Notes under the pieces: generated by a model
What the model saw: the letters and a program-made list of their open reading frames with translations, nothing else
Database searches by the model: none
Told to the model about the DNA's origin: nothing
In this document: positions 13,701-26,684 of the stretch, piece after piece
Layout of the letters: each line of letters starts with the position of its first letter
How positions within the stretch are numbered: position 1 is the stretch's first letter
Translations under genes and position numbers: made by a program
Assembly (NCBI GenBank): GCA_000934665.2
Contig: KZ537993.1
Span: forward strand, 1-64,000
Reading direction: 5' to 3'
DNA from: Catajapyx aquilonaris
Lineage: Eukaryota
Length of the DNA stretch: 64,000 bases

Positions 13701-16087
13701 GTGAAGTAGCACATCTGCTTTAAAGTATGGTACTCAAAGTGTCAATTTTTCGCCCCGTTATATTATGTTTTGGCCAATAAGGCTCATTGCTTGTAAATAC
13801 ACCCAGGTGCTTTAATTCCTCTCTGGCCTGGTTCATTGGTGTGTTACATTTATACTGTACAACCTGCCCATCACGCGGTCAGACGCTGTGTTTTTATTGG
13901 CTAATTAAATACTGAGAGTCAGGTTTGCGTACATGCTCCAGTTTAATCAAAATAATTATATTTTAAATCTGCCTTCTGGTAGTGCTTATCTAATACAACT
14001 ATAAAGGTAGGTAAAGCACCCTGGGCGTACTAGGGTACCGCATACACGTAGTGCATTAAAGGCAAATATTATGGCACCATCCACTTGTGCAATCCTAAGT
14101 CGGTGTAATTCTGCTTCCGAGCTGGAGCTTAATGCAGGCCCATTATATCCCTCGTCCTACTAAACTGCATAATTCCTTCCCTGCCATTTTATGAATGTTG
14201 ATCGAACCTTTCCAGGGTTTTCCTAATATTAAGGGGAGTATTAATTATTCAAATCCTGCAGGGCTCCCGAAACACCGCTCACTTAACAAGCGCAGGTAGA
14301 TGCCTCCGTCCAAATTTTTTAAACCCAACAAAAAGCAGGAGCACTTTGGCTCCACAATGGAGACATTTATCAAGCAATTCCTAGGCAGGAAGTGTCTTTG
14401 AGCGGAAGTCGAGAAATTTCATTAGAGGCCCAAGAGATGAGACTAAAGCACTCTAGTGGCCGCTGAGACGCAACAACTTCCAGGCCATTGTAGCCCAAGT
14501 CATGTGGAATTTCCAGAAACGTGTGTGATCAAGCTAGGCCATAATTCCATTGTTCTTTGAAGGGTGATTGTACAGACACATGCAGATTTCAGGAGGAAAA
14601 TTCCTCGGATCTTATCAATTTCAGCTATTGTCATACCTTTCTGTGCGAGATTCTGAAAGTGTTTTTTTTTTCTGGGTCTCAAAGGAAATAACGGGGCTGT
14701 TTTGAGTATGCAGTAACTTTAAATGGGAAAGGAGCGCAAATGAGACAGCGAAGAACACCGGGAGATAATTAGGACAATTTTTTGCTTCAAAAGCGCTTAG
14801 CATTTTATGAACGAGAGCAGTGTTGTCACGTTCTTCGTTACGAAATTAATACCACCACGTGCATGGGACTATAATAATTTATGCGACAGTTAAAGTAAGA
14901 CATAATAAAAGCAGTAAAAGCAAGGGATAAGTGAGGAGAAAAACGTTAGAGTAATGCCTTGGTAATGAATGCAATTAGCGAGGTATGTGAAACATTGCTT
15001 TACATTATTCCATCGGGTCGCTACAATATAAGAAGCTCACTTCCAGGCGGTGCCAAAGAAAAAGTGCTATAAAAATGTCATTTTTTTGCTTGCTTACCAA
15101 AGGCATAAAAAGCAACATCTGAGTAATGATTTTCCGGGATAGTTTCAGAACTTCTGGAAGCCATTTGCTCAAGTGTTGTTGGTGCGACCTGGAGGTAGTT
15201 ACATGTCGCTTGCACTCCCATCCTCCAGCAAGATTAGTAATTTTGAACATCTGTTGTATTAAATGGTCTAGCAATAAAAATTGTCACTTTTTGCAGCGTG
15301 TACACTTCCAAGCAAGTGTTTTCTCACCCCAAGTGTTTGTTCATAATATTTTGTTCGCAGCGGGTTTTTTTTTTGTGGCAGTATGCCTATTTTCAATTCC
15401 GGGTCTATTAAAGAGCAATATTGTCCTATTTGTAACAGGCTCACTTCAGTAAGAAACTGGATAAATTCATAGTGTGATAGTATTTCATTCTATCAATCCA
15501 GTGCAAGGGATGCTTAAACCAAGAGACTATACTCACTTCGGTACTCAGGTGTAAAGTACACCTGAAGTGGTACCCTTTGGAACTCTTCGGTACTCCTTAG
15601 GTACTCCTTGGCGCTCCCAGACAATAAACAAATATGCTCGTAACTTCAGGATATTTTCCCTCTCGTGTCGTGCTTCCAATCCCAAGGGGCTAAAAAAATG
15701 GTGCCGGAACCCGGGACCTTTCACATGCAAAGCGAAAGCTCTACCACTGAGCTACACCCCCACTTCGTAGGAGTAATTGCTTCATTACGAGGGGACCTAT
15801 GAACATGTTAATATTGAACGTAATTTCATGTAGGGTGATGACACCCTTTCCAAATCTCCAAAAAGAAGGGCATAGATGCTCTGTATAGGCTATTATACTA
15901 TAATAAATACGCCTTTTTACTTCAGCATAACCTAATTCAAACGTCCTATTTAATGTCTCTGTCTCTATAAAGTGAGTGATGGCCAATAGTTTCACAACTA
16001 TCTGTTCTCTTCCTCAGATGCCTGAAGGAGGAGCAAGAAATGCAGAGAGGAACGCTCCAAGGAATATTGCAGCACCATCATACCTAG
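10790..16087 (+). CDS. Hypothetical small spliced gene (candidate exons 10790/10851-10957, 11996-12165, 16018-16087); unverified
   Basis: Three open segments have plausible AG/GT boundaries and compatible phases (CTG|gtaaac; aacag|GTT...CC|gtaagc; ttctcttcctcag|A TGC...TAG), followed by AATAAA at 16189 and 16214. No homology recognised. Confidence 0.2.
15699..15761 (-). pseudogene. tRNA-Ala(TGC)-derived pseudogene or SINE head with deleted T-loop
   Basis: Minus strand reads GGGGGTGTAGCTCAGTGGTAGAGCTTTCGCTTTGCATGTGAAAGGTCCCGGGTTCCGGCACCA then T7. A box and anticodon arm are intact; the B box is truncated. Confidence 0.7.
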
Positions 16088-17179
16088 CGGAATCTACTTC
16101 TATGTGCGATTATGCAGATTAACTTTTTTCATATAATGCCTGTTGTGCCCATATCTGTGGATCGGAAAAAAACAAAAACAAGCTTGCTAATAAACGAACC
16201 TTAATTGTCCGTCAATAAATTCTTCCTTGATGAGATTCCAGGTCAATTACTAGTAACTACGGTGTGCAGAGGGAGGTTGCCCATTAGATCTTCAGGGAGG
16301 CAAGTACAGTATGTCATTAAGGAAATTTAGAATAGAAAGGCTTCAATTTTAGAGCATGTGATTGCCTCTAAACATTAAAATACGTAACTCAAGTATTCTT
16401 TAAAACGTTGGCATGTATTACAGTACTAGATAATTACCCGCATATGCAGTAGATATTTGTCATGTGTTGCATTGATCTAGTTTCTAGTGGCTAATATGGA
16501 GCTAATAATGGCAAAAAAATTGAATCTAGAAAATGTGTACCATCTGATTTTCAGACATACCCAGTTCACAACTGCATCAGATACTATCAATCTGGTTGAA
16601 CCATTCGCAATGTGATTGTAACCAGGAACCTCTCATTAAATGTGCATAATAGATGTTTCAAACAGTCAGCATTAGTATTATGTTTTAACTGATGCACGTT
16701 CATATTTTTATATACTTTTTTTGACAATTTTTAGTCCTTCATTTTGTACTCGTCAACACTGCAGGATTGTAGGTGAGCGATTCCTGCACATATACTCGTA
16801 GTCCCACAACAAAGCTGCGTGTTTTTTTTGTTCATGTTATTGTTGCTGTTAGAACAATGCTCTCAGGTCGAATATTTCAATACTTTGTTATTGCCTTCAT
16901 AGGAAGTATGAGGTGTGTGTCCGAAACTAGGAGAGAGACTATTCCTTAAGAGGGCAATAATTATTTGAAGGTGAACACTATTTAAATAAAAATCAAATGT
17001 GTCCCCCCACAAAAAAAATTGTCAGTATTTTCTTTTCATTGGTTTTGCACACTTTACTGTCATGGAGTTTTATGCAGAGAAAAACATGTCAAAATTTCTT
17101 GCAAGTCATTAGCCCATCTTGAAGTGATGGCGCCCTTTCTTTACGATAAGTACATGATGGAGAGAGTGTCAGTATCGAA

Positions 17180-17246
17180 GTAACGCGGTAGTCTAGTGGT
17201 TAAGACGCTCTCTTCGTAACCTGAAGGTTGAAGGATCGAATCCTGA
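17180..17246 (+). other. tRNA-like module 1 of foldback left arm (mirror copy 19040-19105, minus)
   Basis: A box TAGTCTAGTGG, D stem GTCT/AGAC, loop TTCGTAA, B box GGATCGAATCC, T5 run at 17264-17268. The anticodon stem pairs poorly. Confidence 0.6.
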
Positions 17247-17382
17247 AAGGAAGGCGTCGTTTCTTTTTATCGCTATGGACCTTTCTGGCTGCTACTTCAT
17301 CTCTCATTTCACATTTATTTCTCTTTGAACTGCATCCGGTAAATAGGCTAGACCCTTCCAACACTCACACTCTCGTTGCACC

Positions 17383-17452
17383 AGAGCGTGGCTCTGTGGT
17401 AACGCATCAGACTCTCAATCGGGAGATGTGGGTTCAAATCCCGTCGTCTCCA
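17383..17452 (+). other. tRNA-like module 2 of foldback left arm (mirror copy 18834-18902, minus)
   Basis: A box TGGCTCTGTGG, loop CTCTCAA, T arm GGG-TTCAAAT-CCC (B box GGTTCAAATCC), ends CTCCA, T6 run at 17478-17483. Confidence 0.6.
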
Positions 17453-20400
17453 CGGTTGAGAGTCAGGGGGCGGTCACTTTTTTCGAAGAAAAAAGACTTA
17501 AATTTAATCATTAAGAAAATTGAAGAATTCAGGTTTGTGTGGGCCGTCCCCAGCCCCCACCCTACCACTGCCCAAGTGGGTGCATTTACCTTATACCTGG
17601 GAGTTCCATTCTCAAACCTATCACCCCTCCAAATATTTAACTCTACCATTTAAACTATAGGTCCTATAAAATCACCAGCACATGCAAATGAATCGGCACA
17701 CTTTTTAGGGCATTTCCAATGGTTTGTTGCAGCCTGACCTTTGACCTGAAAGGCCCTAATATTAGGTTTTTGGTCTGGGGCCAGGCCCTACCTCGGTCTC
17801 CATCTGTCGGAGCTTTCGTAATGAGACTGTACAGAGCACAGTACATAGATATACAGTATATCTCTCCATGTGAACAAGCCTGCTAGCCTAATGTAGCGGT
17901 CCGCCTGTCCTTGTGGGTAGCGGGGCGGGGGTGGTATTAATGGGGGGAATATGTAAGGTCAAAGAGACAGGGAGGTGACCAAGGCTACACGAAAATTTGC
18001 CTATCTAAAACCGCGTCGACGATATATGCGCATCTCCACCCACAGCAGAAGCGGGTGGGGATTTATTATTTCATTAACCCATATAGAGCAATGCCACGAA
18101 ACAGTGACGCCGAATGTCCGTCCTGATGACCCCAAGGAGGTGACGATGACCACTCGCCTACGTCACATTCATACTGATACCAGCCAACTGGGACTGCTAC
18201 ATTTGGCTAGCCGGGGGGCACACTTGTTCACATGGAGAGATATACTGTATATCTGTATGTACTGTGCTATGTACAGTCTCATTACGAGAGACCCGACAGA
18301 TGGAGACCGAGGTAGGGCATGGCCCCAGACCAAAAACCTAATATTAGGGCCTTTCAGGTCAAAGGTCAGGCTGCAACAAACCATTGGAAATGCCCTAAAA
18401 AGTGTGCCGATTCATTTGCATGTGCTGGTGATTTTATAGGACCTATAGTTTAAATGGTAGAGTTAAATGTTTGGAGGGGTGATAGGTTTGAGAATGTAAC
18501 TCCCAGGTATAAGGTAAATGCACCCACTTGGGCAGCGGTAGGGTGGGGGCTGGGGATGGCCCACACAAACTTGAATTCTTCAATTTTCTGAATGATTAAA
18601 TTTAAGACTTTTTTCTTCGAAAAAAGTGACCGCCCCCTCCCATTAAGCAGGTGTCTTAAAATTTTCAAAAAAAAAAATCTCCCCTCCCCCCCTGTCTTCC
18701 CCCTCTCCACCCTCCCCCCCTCTTCGCTGCTCCTCTTACACCTCTGAAGAAGTGTTTGGGAAACTGCGAAGAAACAGTCGCCATCTTGGCCAGAGATGTC
18801 GGCTGCAAATTTTTTTTCTCTGACTCTCAACCATGGAGATCCGGGATTTGAACCCACATCTCCCGATTGAGAGTCTGATGCGTTACCACACAGCCACGCT
18901 CCGTGGTAACGAAATTGTGGGTGTTGGAAGGGTCTAGCCTATTTACCAGATGCACTTCAAAGAGAAATAAATGTGAAATGAGAGATGAAGTAACAGCGGG
19001 AAAGGTCCGTAGCGATAAAAAGAAACGACATCATTTTTTCAGGATTCGATCCTTCAACCTTCTGGTTACGAAGAGAAAGTCTTAACCACTAGACCACTGC
19101 GCTACTTCGATACTACATTCTCTCCAGCATGTACTTATTGTAAGGAAAGGGCGCCACAAAATGTAGTCGGCTTAAACACTACTTACATACAGGTGTAACT
19201 GACCACCTCTCCATACCTCCATGAAATCGCTAGACATGTAACACCAGCCCTTCACATCAACAACTGTTAACCTGCCCCAAGCGGTTTTTGACCAAAGCTT
19301 TGCGGCTGAAGTTCAAACTGTCAAACACACTCCGCAATTCTGAAGTGCATTGCGTGGCATCAAGTTTCTCCCGGGAAGCTCCAGGCACTTAATGTGTTTA
19401 AAGTCGGTGCCTAATTAGCAGCATAGTAATTCCGCCACATTATACTGTTTTCAGCTAATTGGCTACTTGCTTGTGCGTATCATAAGCTGCAGCTCTCTGG
19501 GTTGGATAATTGAACTAGCATACCTCGGCAGGAGATAAAACGGATTAATTTCTGCCAGTACAAGCTTCGCTGGATAGCCACTTGCGAACTGTCTTAAGAC
19601 CTGGCCAGACATTCTGCCCCGCCCGTCTAAATTAGCCTTATAAACTGATTTACACGAGGATATTGCCTGCTGCTTGTATTATAATGACACAAATTTGCAT
19701 GTGCTTTAAAAAGGGCTATAAATTGAGACGCTAAGAAGTTCAGACTTTAGTTTGGTGCCGGGAACAACAAGCTGGTTTTGCGTTGCTAATGTATAGCCTT
19801 GAGCATTTTGCTGCAAAAACAAGGAATGAGAAAAGAGGGAAACGTCACTTACATAACAGGCTTCCACTCGCTGCCCTTGTTAAAGGTGCGTCAAGAATCT
19901 CATGCGTTGTATAATATTCTTGAGGGGTCATTAAAATTCTCGATGTATATTCATGGTGGTAAGTAGCAATTCAGTAAATTCGATAAAGCATTAAAGGAAA
20001 CTAAAATTAATCGCTATATTTGTACGTTAAGCTCACTCTAATAGTAAGCCCATCGCCCATGGAATAATGATTAAAATGAAATGTAACCTCATTATTAGAA
20101 TAGTGTATTTGCATTTGTCGCATTTTAAAAAGTTTAATTACTGCACTATTCAATATTATGAAATGTTACAAGTGGCATAATATTGGATAGAAATGTCCCA
20201 TGAGCGCAGTCCATTATTGTATGCCTGAAGTGCTAAATACCATACAGTATACCCACGTCCAACTAACAGCTCTTGAACGGCTCATTATGATGCACGCATC
20301 ACACACTTGTTGAGCGCCTACTTTTAAAATATACACATTTTCCATTGCCGAAAACCTTTCAAGAATGCACCAATATGGGATTGTGTCGGCTTGTCTGCAG

Positions 20401-23400
20401 CACATAGGCCACTCACTTACTGGAGGATGTCAATCTAAAATCGCTTTTCAGGAAGCACCCAGCAGTAAACATGTATAAGTTAACTGTTAAGGGAAGCCAG
20501 AGCTCATAGTGAGGGCGTGCACTACATGCTCTACTGTTTCATTAGTATTTATAGCCCTCTATGGTGAAACTTGCAATGTTTATTCCAGTAGTCTACATTC
20601 GCATTATTTTTGTAATAGTTTTTTACTTGCAGTAAGACTCGTACACATAATTACATACTGTATGACTATACCTTCCCAGGTTTTCGTGTAGGTCTATAAC
20701 TTTCCTACATTACAACTGAAGGTACTGTAGACATTCCCTGTTTGGTAAGGCTCCTTTTGTTTCATCATATTATTAAAAAAACTTATTTGTCTTACATTTA
20801 CATTGCAATTGCAGTGTACGACCCTGGAGGTCGGTAATATAAATTACACCCCAGGATTTCAGGATGCAATGAGGTGATTACCGCTGAGCATGATGCTTCA
20901 CTACAACATGTGGTACTGGACTTAATCCCTCTTAGCCTATCGCAATAACCTCTGACGTGGTATTAGCCAGAGGGGCATAGGCTGGTGTAGTTGAAGGGTC
21001 GGCTGGCTAGTTACGAGCCATAATATGAAGTTTGGAAAACCTTTGTTCGCCAGGGCACGTAATTTCGATGTCAGGAGATCCTTCAGGAAGAAGTGGTCGA
21101 TAGCCGCTCCTCATTTACACCTGTTGATGCGAAGCGACACATCACAAGTCTAGCCCAGGGGCACTCTCCTTCACTCCTTGTACCTGTCAAATGACACTGT
21201 TAAGTGACACCATAACGATGTAAGTCTTGGCCTCGACCTCCTGAAACTTTCATGGCCCCTTAAGTGGCTGCCGGATGCCAAGCGCTGCGTCATGTGTCGT
21301 TGATGCTTGTTCCTGTGACGTCAACGTCTTTTGCTTACTCTGGTCCAGTCAGGACTTGGAGGATGGACATTACGCGCATGCCATTATCTGTGTATGTTCA
21401 GAGGACGGGACATAAAGAGTTTTACGAGTTGACAGTATTTGTAGACAAAGACCACAACAAGGGAGTGCTATTATGTCATTCCGTGGTTCTAAACGAACGT
21501 GACACCCCGTGTTATTGCTGCGATTATCAATCGATCCCCCTGCTCAAATATTGTCCTAGTGAATCCCGAGAGTGATTTCGGCCTGACACGGCAAGAATGT
21601 TAACAGGCAGCTGCATGTCATCTGGTTAATTGTGACTCGTTTCGGTTTATTGGCGTCATAAACAAAGGTTGACTGTCCGAATATTTTTTTTGTACCGTAG
21701 GCCTACCTGTCGTGAAGTGACTGGGGAAATATATTTCATGCAGACCCTTGCAAGTGTACTGGATTCGTGAGATGAAAAAGAAATATAAGTAGATTCATCA
21801 CATGATGTTTGTTTGATAATAATTACTGCGCAATTTCACAAATACACTACACTAATGTTGCAATTATTGCATTAAACATGATATCACAGGCTGGTTCTTA
21901 CTCATCGACTGTGCCTTGGCCAGTAGTGGCGTAGTTATATCCTGCAGAACATTCTTGTCACCCAAGCCATGGCCGTCAACTGGCGAGATTGAGCCAGAAT
22001 ATCCTTTGATAAGGCCTCCCTTTCAGTGTAAGTGCGGGGCATTGTTGTGGCTTACTGTGAATAGGGTATGGCTTTTCTACAGTACTTGCTTTTTACGTTT
22101 GAGTGATGGTGAAAGTAGTGCGGGAGAGTAGGTTATAATTATTTATTTTCAGCCTAGAAGTCGCCGATTGTGGAGCACTATTCTCGGCAGGGAAACTTTC
22201 AACTTGTTGCATTTTCATCAATGAACTTTTTGATATCAAATGTGCATTCAGAGCGGTAGGGTTTATTCAAACGTTTGATGCCATTATTAATGACTCTCAC
22301 TCTCACTACCTTTTATTTCTGGCACAGTGATTTTCAAACGTAGCCTACTGCCAGCTTCCTGTTTGAAAAATTCGGCGGAGAAGAGACTATAGGCTTGGAA
22401 AGGGCAAAAAAATGATATATGCCAAAAGTTAAAGAGATACTGCCTATGCAGGAAGCGTATTTGGCTCTATGCCCTTATAGCCAACGGCACCAGCACATTT
22501 CCTTCGTTTTATAAAAAAAATTAGAAAACTCTATTGATTTTGAATGTAAAGCAGGGCTATTAGAGCTCTGGTTCCTTTAAAAATATATGTTCACCATAAA
22601 TGCACTGCTGGTTGGATTGCATTACTTTACAACCACCATGAGAAAGTGTTGTTTCCTAAAAAGTGCCTCTAAACACAATTAGCAAATGCGCACATTTTTA
22701 TTAACCTCCAAGCGACTATGATGAAAACTGCTCCCAGTCCGATCGCAAACTTTTTCCAGGACACATCGCTCCCTTCTCCCAGACTCGTAATTCCAAGCCT
22801 TAAAACCACAAAGGTAAACCTCTCCCGAAACTGAAACTTTCCATCTGATAAATTATCCTCCGCAATGAAATGCTTTTCCCCCAGCAACTTAGTGCTTTGC
22901 ATAAATTACGCCCGTTATTTCTAAATAACTCAGTCAGCCTGTAGCTAAATTTCCCCACAAGTTTTGCAAGTGTAATGTTCTTTGAAAATTCTTAAATTAC
23001 TTTTTAGGTCTCCCTTAGTTAGCAAGCGTATAGTTGCGGCTTTTTCAAGTTACCTGCGAAGAGCTTCTTTACTGGTGGTTATCTGAATTCGCAGCAACAG
23101 CTTGAGCTCAGTGGTTGCTGTCACCGTCAGAGACTTTGCTCTTTCTCAACCAGCTTTAACTACTTTCCTCTTGCAAAATTCCAAGGCCAATGGACACAGC
23201 TTGGCTCTTGCTGAATAGCCCCACAGAGCTTTTCCAGGTGACTGCTCTTTGGCTTTGCTATTCTATTGGGACTCTAAGTTGCTCCTGGGTTTGAGATGAG
23301 AGTCGCAGCCTGTAAGGCTAGGTTTACTCTTCATTTATAGATGAGTTGCGATGGAGATTGCAGTGCGGTGCAGTACTTCGGATATTTGCTTTTTATTAAG

Positions 23401-26400
23401 GGGGGTAATGCTGCATATGCGTTTTAGGTGTTTCGAGATCAGTAATGCATGGTGAAGATTGGCCTTTCACGTTATTACAGGCGGATGGATTGTTTGCAGA
23501 ATGGTTCAGTTTGAAGGCAAGACTATTCGTTCAGTTGTTTGCTTATTCTCGGAGGCTGGCAATTTTCTTATTGAAAAGTTCAGCAGGTTTGAAGGGAATC
23601 ATTAATAAATTATTGCCTCCGTAAAGCGCCAATTTATTTAAAAATAAGTAGTATACTGTGTACTTTTTCTGTGCTAGTACAAATTCACCATTTTCACTTT
23701 AGGGTACTGTACTTTTTCTCAATATTACTTAAGTAGCTAGTACTGTATCTGGAAGATGCCAGTTTCACTTATATGGTTACTACCAACAAATACCTGCTGG
23801 CATATTTGGCCTCCATATTACATGCTGTACATCTCTCTTAAACATGAACTGGTGAATAGTAATTGCAAAAACGTGAAAAAGTGCATTGTGATATTAGAGC
23901 GTTAAATGACTGCGACGTTTCTTTGAAATATGACATAGGACCGGAGATATTAAGACAGGTTACACTGTTCTCTCTTTTTTATACAACTTCAAAGTGCTTT
24001 CACGTTCATGCAAATTTGAATATTGTGCGTCTCTCATTCACGGTGACAGTTGGATAGATCTGAGCTTCTCTCCTGTCCGGTCCAGCACCATCTCTGAAAG
24101 GAGACATCTGAGACGTCGCTTTATCTCCCGGACAAAATTAACATCCAGCTAGAGATTAATTTGCACAGTGCGAGACAACGAGCCCACCTTGTTTGTCCTC
24201 GCAACCGCCTTGAATTCCATTTTGATTTGCTGCCACCCCTTGGCGCCTGTCCTCACAAGCAAGACGACAAAACGGACTTTATGGGTGGCGTGATGGGAAA
24301 TTTACGCCTCTGCCTGATGCCTCCCCACAGCAACATCCCCATAGCACCTACAATATAAAGAGGCCTAACTTCTCCTCTTGTCCTCCGTCCCTTTCCAACA
24401 CTTTCGACTCTCGAACTCGACTGCAGCTGACGAAACACCGTCTCTCTGCAGACTCATTCTGGACACAAGGACCGGCACAATTATTGTTCCGGTCCCGCGA
24501 AGGCCCTGGTCTAATGCAGAAATTGCGAGAGGCCCTTTGTTGGATTTATGGCGGAAAGGTGGTGCATCATGCATGGTGGTATAGAGGCAACGGCTTGTTA
24601 CTACCATTGGCAGAATTACTGGCAGAATCCGGAGGGGGCTGCATGTTGGATCCTATATGTGTGCGTGGCCAGCTGCAATTTCATTGGGGCTTTTGTAAAA
24701 ATACAGGTCTGCAGATGATATGCAAATTGTGCCATATTGCGGAAGGACGTGGATCAGTGTAAGAGTGTCCAAAGGAGGATGTAGAGATATCGAAATAGAT
24801 TGAGGTTAAAATTAAAATGTGTCGTAACTTTTATTTTAAATTTAGAGAGGCGTATTCATTCTGACAGAATAAGTTATAGGCCTACCATAAGTTTTAAATT
24901 CATTATCTGAGTGATGAAGTTGCGAACACAGGATGACATATCTGCATACACGATCTCCAAATTTCCAGAAACATACCAATAACTTGCGTAAATCATTACG
25001 TAACGCCATTTATTCTGTAGTCTGCAATACTGTAATATCTGTTAAAGGTTTTGGCCAGGCACTATAACCTGACTCTTTATAACCATTAACATCCTAGTGT
25101 TTTTTCCCCACAAACTTGGCATGTGTTGAGTGCTGTTGGTTGCATAGCTGAACTTTTTTTATATATAAACAGTGCGTCAGTACTCCGCACTATCGGGTGC
25201 AGTACATCTGACTTTGATCCGCCACATCCTGCATTAAACGCAGTAATATATTAAAAAATTTCAATGCATATTTCAATACTGAATCCTCTGTGCATCAGTT
25301 CAGTAATCTAAGCTTTTGCGCATGCAGAACCTTGCATTGCATTTTTTATTGATACGGGAACCGGTTGATGAATTATGAATACGCATGGAAAGCAGCTTGA
25401 TTAACCTGAAGCCTATGACCGCTGCGACTAGTGTCGGCACCGCATCCTTTGAAATGCGACATAGGATAAAGGGCTGTTCATATAACCAATACGCAGACCG
25501 TTTTGTTTCATGTCCTAATCCATGGAGCTGGATAACGAATGGGTAAGTTTACACTGAGACCATTCATGCAAACCACGACTAAACAAATACTGGGTTGATT
25601 AGTTTCCAACATTTCAAACCACTTCAGCGGAATCAGCCATCATTCAGTCGCCTGCCGGAAATAAAACCGAATGGAAAAATAAACTGTCGTCAAAATTGAG
25701 GTTCTTCCACCTGTTCAAACATAAAGACTTATCTGTTGGACTTTAAATCACACTTTATTTTTTCCTTTTACTTTTATAGCGTTACAGTGTGAAGTTTGAG
25801 TTACACTGATTTATTTAGGGATCACCGCAGAAGAAACATTTCGCTAGGGCTCTTGTCGTGAAATGTTTACTTCCTGCGGTCATAAGGCTTTGATTTGAGA
25901 TTAACGTACACTATACACAAAAATTAAGGGGAGAGTATTACTGTTATAAAAATCGTTTGGTCAGGGTATTTGACTGCAAGTTTTTTTTTTCTTCAAGAAA
26001 AGCCGAACAATGTTTGATTTGGAGGACGTAATTAATACAGTTATGTGACAGTGTGACGTAAATAGCCGTATTACTGTTGTAGCCTATATTTGAATTGGAA
26101 TCTATTCAAAAAATATTGGTAATACTATTTATTTGACTGGTTGTGCATTGAGTCATTTATATACTAAAGGTTTACCACTATTACAATCATTTCCTCTCAC
26201 GAACCTGAACATTTTCTAAGGACTAGCTGCCGAACCTTACATGCCGTTCGAATATGGTGCTTTAAATATCGACCCTGCACACATCACAAGACGACCCTCG
26301 CCCTTTGCAAACATTTATTACATTAATAAATAGATTAATCACGAGGTGTTTTGTCGCGATCTTTCGTCGTATTGCTTCAATTGGCAACATCTAAACTGTA

Positions 26401-26684
26401 TAATGGTGCAATTGTGGCAACCAGTCTTCCAACAGCTAGTCTTTCCCTGTAACGTACAGTACGTCCTCTATCACGGTGGATGGATAAGATTATAACTTAC
26501 ATGTTTAGGCTCAGGGCAGAAGCTCTTTGGTAATATTCTGGGCTTGAGCAAATTCCCCATTAAAACGCCTGGTTTACACTGACGAACAAAAACGGCGTCG
26601 TTGTTCATCGACAACATCGGTGTGGGGCAGTGGTCACAAACATCATCATCATCAGTTAGAGAGGGGACACGGAGGGGTCTTGAG

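Larger units (their letters stand above)
17128..19156. mobile_element. ~2 kb foldback/long inverted-repeat element with tRNA-like modules in both arms
   Basis: Left arm ~17128-17902 is the reverse complement of right arm ~18191-19156, highly similar with scattered mismatches. The right arm has an extra ~185 bp near 18637-18820; the spacer is ~290 bp. Termini TGGCGCCCTTTC...GAAAGGGCGCCA; no TSD recognised. Confidence 0.8.

Noticed and set aside
17128..17139. TGGCGCCC as a tRNA-Lys primer-binding site of an LTR element
   Set aside because: Only 8 nt match, there is no adjacent LTR or gag/pol, and it sits at inverted termini.
17180..17452. Functional tRNA genes
   Set aside because: Acceptor and anticodon stems pair poorly; treated as tRNA-derived modules.
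18093..18140. GAAAC...GTC...CTGATGA in the foldback spacer as a hammerhead ribozyme
   Set aside because: The core words are present, but stem I has only 4 nt and stem II cannot pair. A similar CTGATGA...GAAA near 8125 lacks stem III.
17228..18857. Duplicated ORFs in the foldback arms (e.g. DGDRGRAWPQTKNL...)
   Set aside because: The similarity simply reflects the inverted repeat; no transposase or other domain was recognised and the starts differ.
23054..23309. Minus-strand exon-like segment (ttacag ... CAG|gtaact)
   Set aside because: Stops in all three frames; no support as coding.
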